A stretch of DNA of 64,000 nt from Corallococcus sp. EGB (lineage in GTDB: Bacteria > Myxococcota > Myxococcia > Myxococcales > Myxococcaceae): contig NZ_CP079946.1 of assembly GCF_019968905.1 (NCBI RefSeq), forward strand, positions 5,985,356 through 6,049,355, written 5' to 3'. This document shows positions 62,688 to 64,000 of the stretch, piece after piece. Made by a program: the position numbers and the translations under genes. The notes under the pieces were generated by a model that saw only the letters and a list, made by a program, of their open reading frames with translations, did not search any database and was not told where the DNA came from. The stretch's first letter is position 1, and every line of letters begins with the position of its first letter.

Positions 62688-63323
62688 ATGACGGTCACCC
62701 AATCACTGCTGGCCTTCATCGTGGCGGCGGGCGTCCTCGCCATCACGCCCGGGGTCGATACGGCCATGGTCCTGCGAACGTCCGCCCTCGAAGGCACGAG
62801 GCAGGCGGCGTTCGCGGCCCTGGGGATCTGCCTCGGCTGTGTCGTCTGGGGCGGAGCGGTCGCGCTGGGACTGGGCGCGCTCCTGGTCGCGTCAGGAGTC
62901 GCCTACACGGCGCTCCGCTGGATTGGCGCGGCCTACCTGGTGTGGCTCGGCATCGGGCTCCTGCGGAGGCCTCGCTCGAACCTGGAGGCCACCAAGGCCG
63001 TCCCTCCCGTGGCGGTCCAGCATGGCGCGATGGCCTGGATGCGGCGCGGGGTACTGACGAACATCCTGAACCCCAAGGTCGGGGTCTTCTACGTCACCTT
63101 CCTGCCGCAGTTCGTGCCGGTGGACGTCCCCGTCGCGCCCTACACCTTCCTCCTCGCGACGATTCACGTCGTGCTGGGGGCCGCGTGGTTCGCGCTGCTC
63201 ATTGGACTGACGGTTCCGCTGGGCCGCCTCATGCAACGCCCTGGCTTCATGAAGACGATGGACCGGCTGACGGGCGGCGTGTTCATCGCGTTCGGCGCGA
63301 AGCTCGCCCTCGCTCGACGCTGA
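62688..63323 (+). CDS. LysE/RhtB-family amino-acid exporter.
   Basis: MTVTQSLLAFIVAAGVLAITPGVDTAMVL...; six transmembrane helices. Confidence 0.85.
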   Translation: MTVTQSLLAFIVAAGVLAITPGVDTAMVLRTSALEGTRQAAFAALGICLGCVVWGGAVALGLGALLVASGVAYTALRWIGAAYLVWLGIGLLRRPRSNLEATKAVPPVAVQHGAMAWMRRGVLTNILNPKVGVFYVTFLPQFVPVDVPVAPYTFLLATIHVVLGAAWFALLIGLTVPLGRLMQRPGFMKTMDRLTGGVFIAFGAKLALARR

Positions 63324-63338
63324 GGCCGGAGGGCGCCT

Positions 63339-63674
63339 TCAGCGCTCCGCCTTCTTGTTGAAGGGCATCAGGAGCCGCTCCACGGGGCGGCCCTGCACCA
63401 GATGCTCCTCCACGATGGCGGGCACGTCCTCCACCTTCACGCCGCCGTACCAGGTGCCCTCCGGGTAGACGACCACGGAGACGCCGAACGCGCAGGTGTC
63501 CACGCAGCCCGCCGCGTTGGCGCGCATGCGCCCCTTGAGCCCGCGCTTGTCGAGCTCCTCCTTGAAGGCGGCCCGCACCTCTTCCCCACCCTTGGTGGCG
63601 CAGCACCCCTTGGGGTGACCGTCCGGGCGGCGGTTGGTGCAGATGAAGACGTGGCGCTGGAAGGGAGGCGGCAT
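63339..63674 (-). CDS. Thioredoxin-like [2Fe-2S] ferredoxin.
   Basis: HVFICTNRRPDGHPKGCCATKGG...CVDTCAFGVSVVVYPEGTWYG. Confidence 0.8.
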   Translation of the reverse strand: MPPPFQRHVFICTNRRPDGHPKGCCATKGGEEVRAAFKEELDKRGLKGRMRANAAGCVDTCAFGVSVVVYPEGTWYGGVKVEDVPAIVEEHLVQGRPVERLLMPFNKKAER

Positions 63675-64000
63675 GGTTCGCCTCCTAACGCGACCGTGCG
63701 TCGAAATCGATGCCGCCGTTCAGCAGGCGACCGTCCCACCGGGCCCTCCCCGGCCGTTTTGTCGCGGAGGCGTGACAGCGCTCCTACGCTCGGCACACGG
63801 ACTGACAGCAAACATCCGCGAGTGATCACAAGCGCTTGGACGCGCCCCCTCCGTTGCTGGACGGTCACCGCATGGCCATGACGATACGTTGCCAGCCACG
63901 GCAGCCGTTGCCACCCGGGCGAGGGTTATTAGATCAGCCTTGGACGCAGATCCGGGCGCCTCAGAATGTCCACCAAATGAAGTGTGTAAGCAGCGCCCGG

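Noticed and set aside
63900-64000. A lower-GC tail at the window end, considered as a possible tRNA or ncRNA
   Set aside because: It has no cloverleaf-compatible arms visible and is truncated by the window edge.

Overview
This is a high-GC (about 70%) chromosomal segment with strong GC3 codon bias, typical of Myxococcales (Myxococcus or Corallococcus-like). The window is densely coding with about 58 genes on both strands, and high-GC shadow ORFs are abundant. No rRNA, tRNA, CRISPR array or transposase was found. Recognisable core genes and their coordinates are listed in the features. The most unusual content is a five-gene acyl-tailoring cassette (36.7-40.6 kb, minus strand): standalone acyl carrier protein (ACP), soluble di-iron carboxylate protein, AcpS-type phosphopantetheinyl transferase, hotdog thioesterase and fatty acyl-AMP ligase (FAAL), flanked by a CoA-transferase. 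Other points of interest are a DnaC/IstB-like AAA ATPase paired with a Fic-fold protein whose catalytic motif is degenerate (FPFTEHSGKVGR), a secreted EndoU-like protein beside a giant thioester alpha-2-macroglobulin, a candidate 6S RNA upstream of 5-formyltetrahydrofolate cyclo-ligase, and a zinc-uptake locus with extra His/Cys-rich proteins. All calls come from reading the translations and the DNA by eye; no searches were run.
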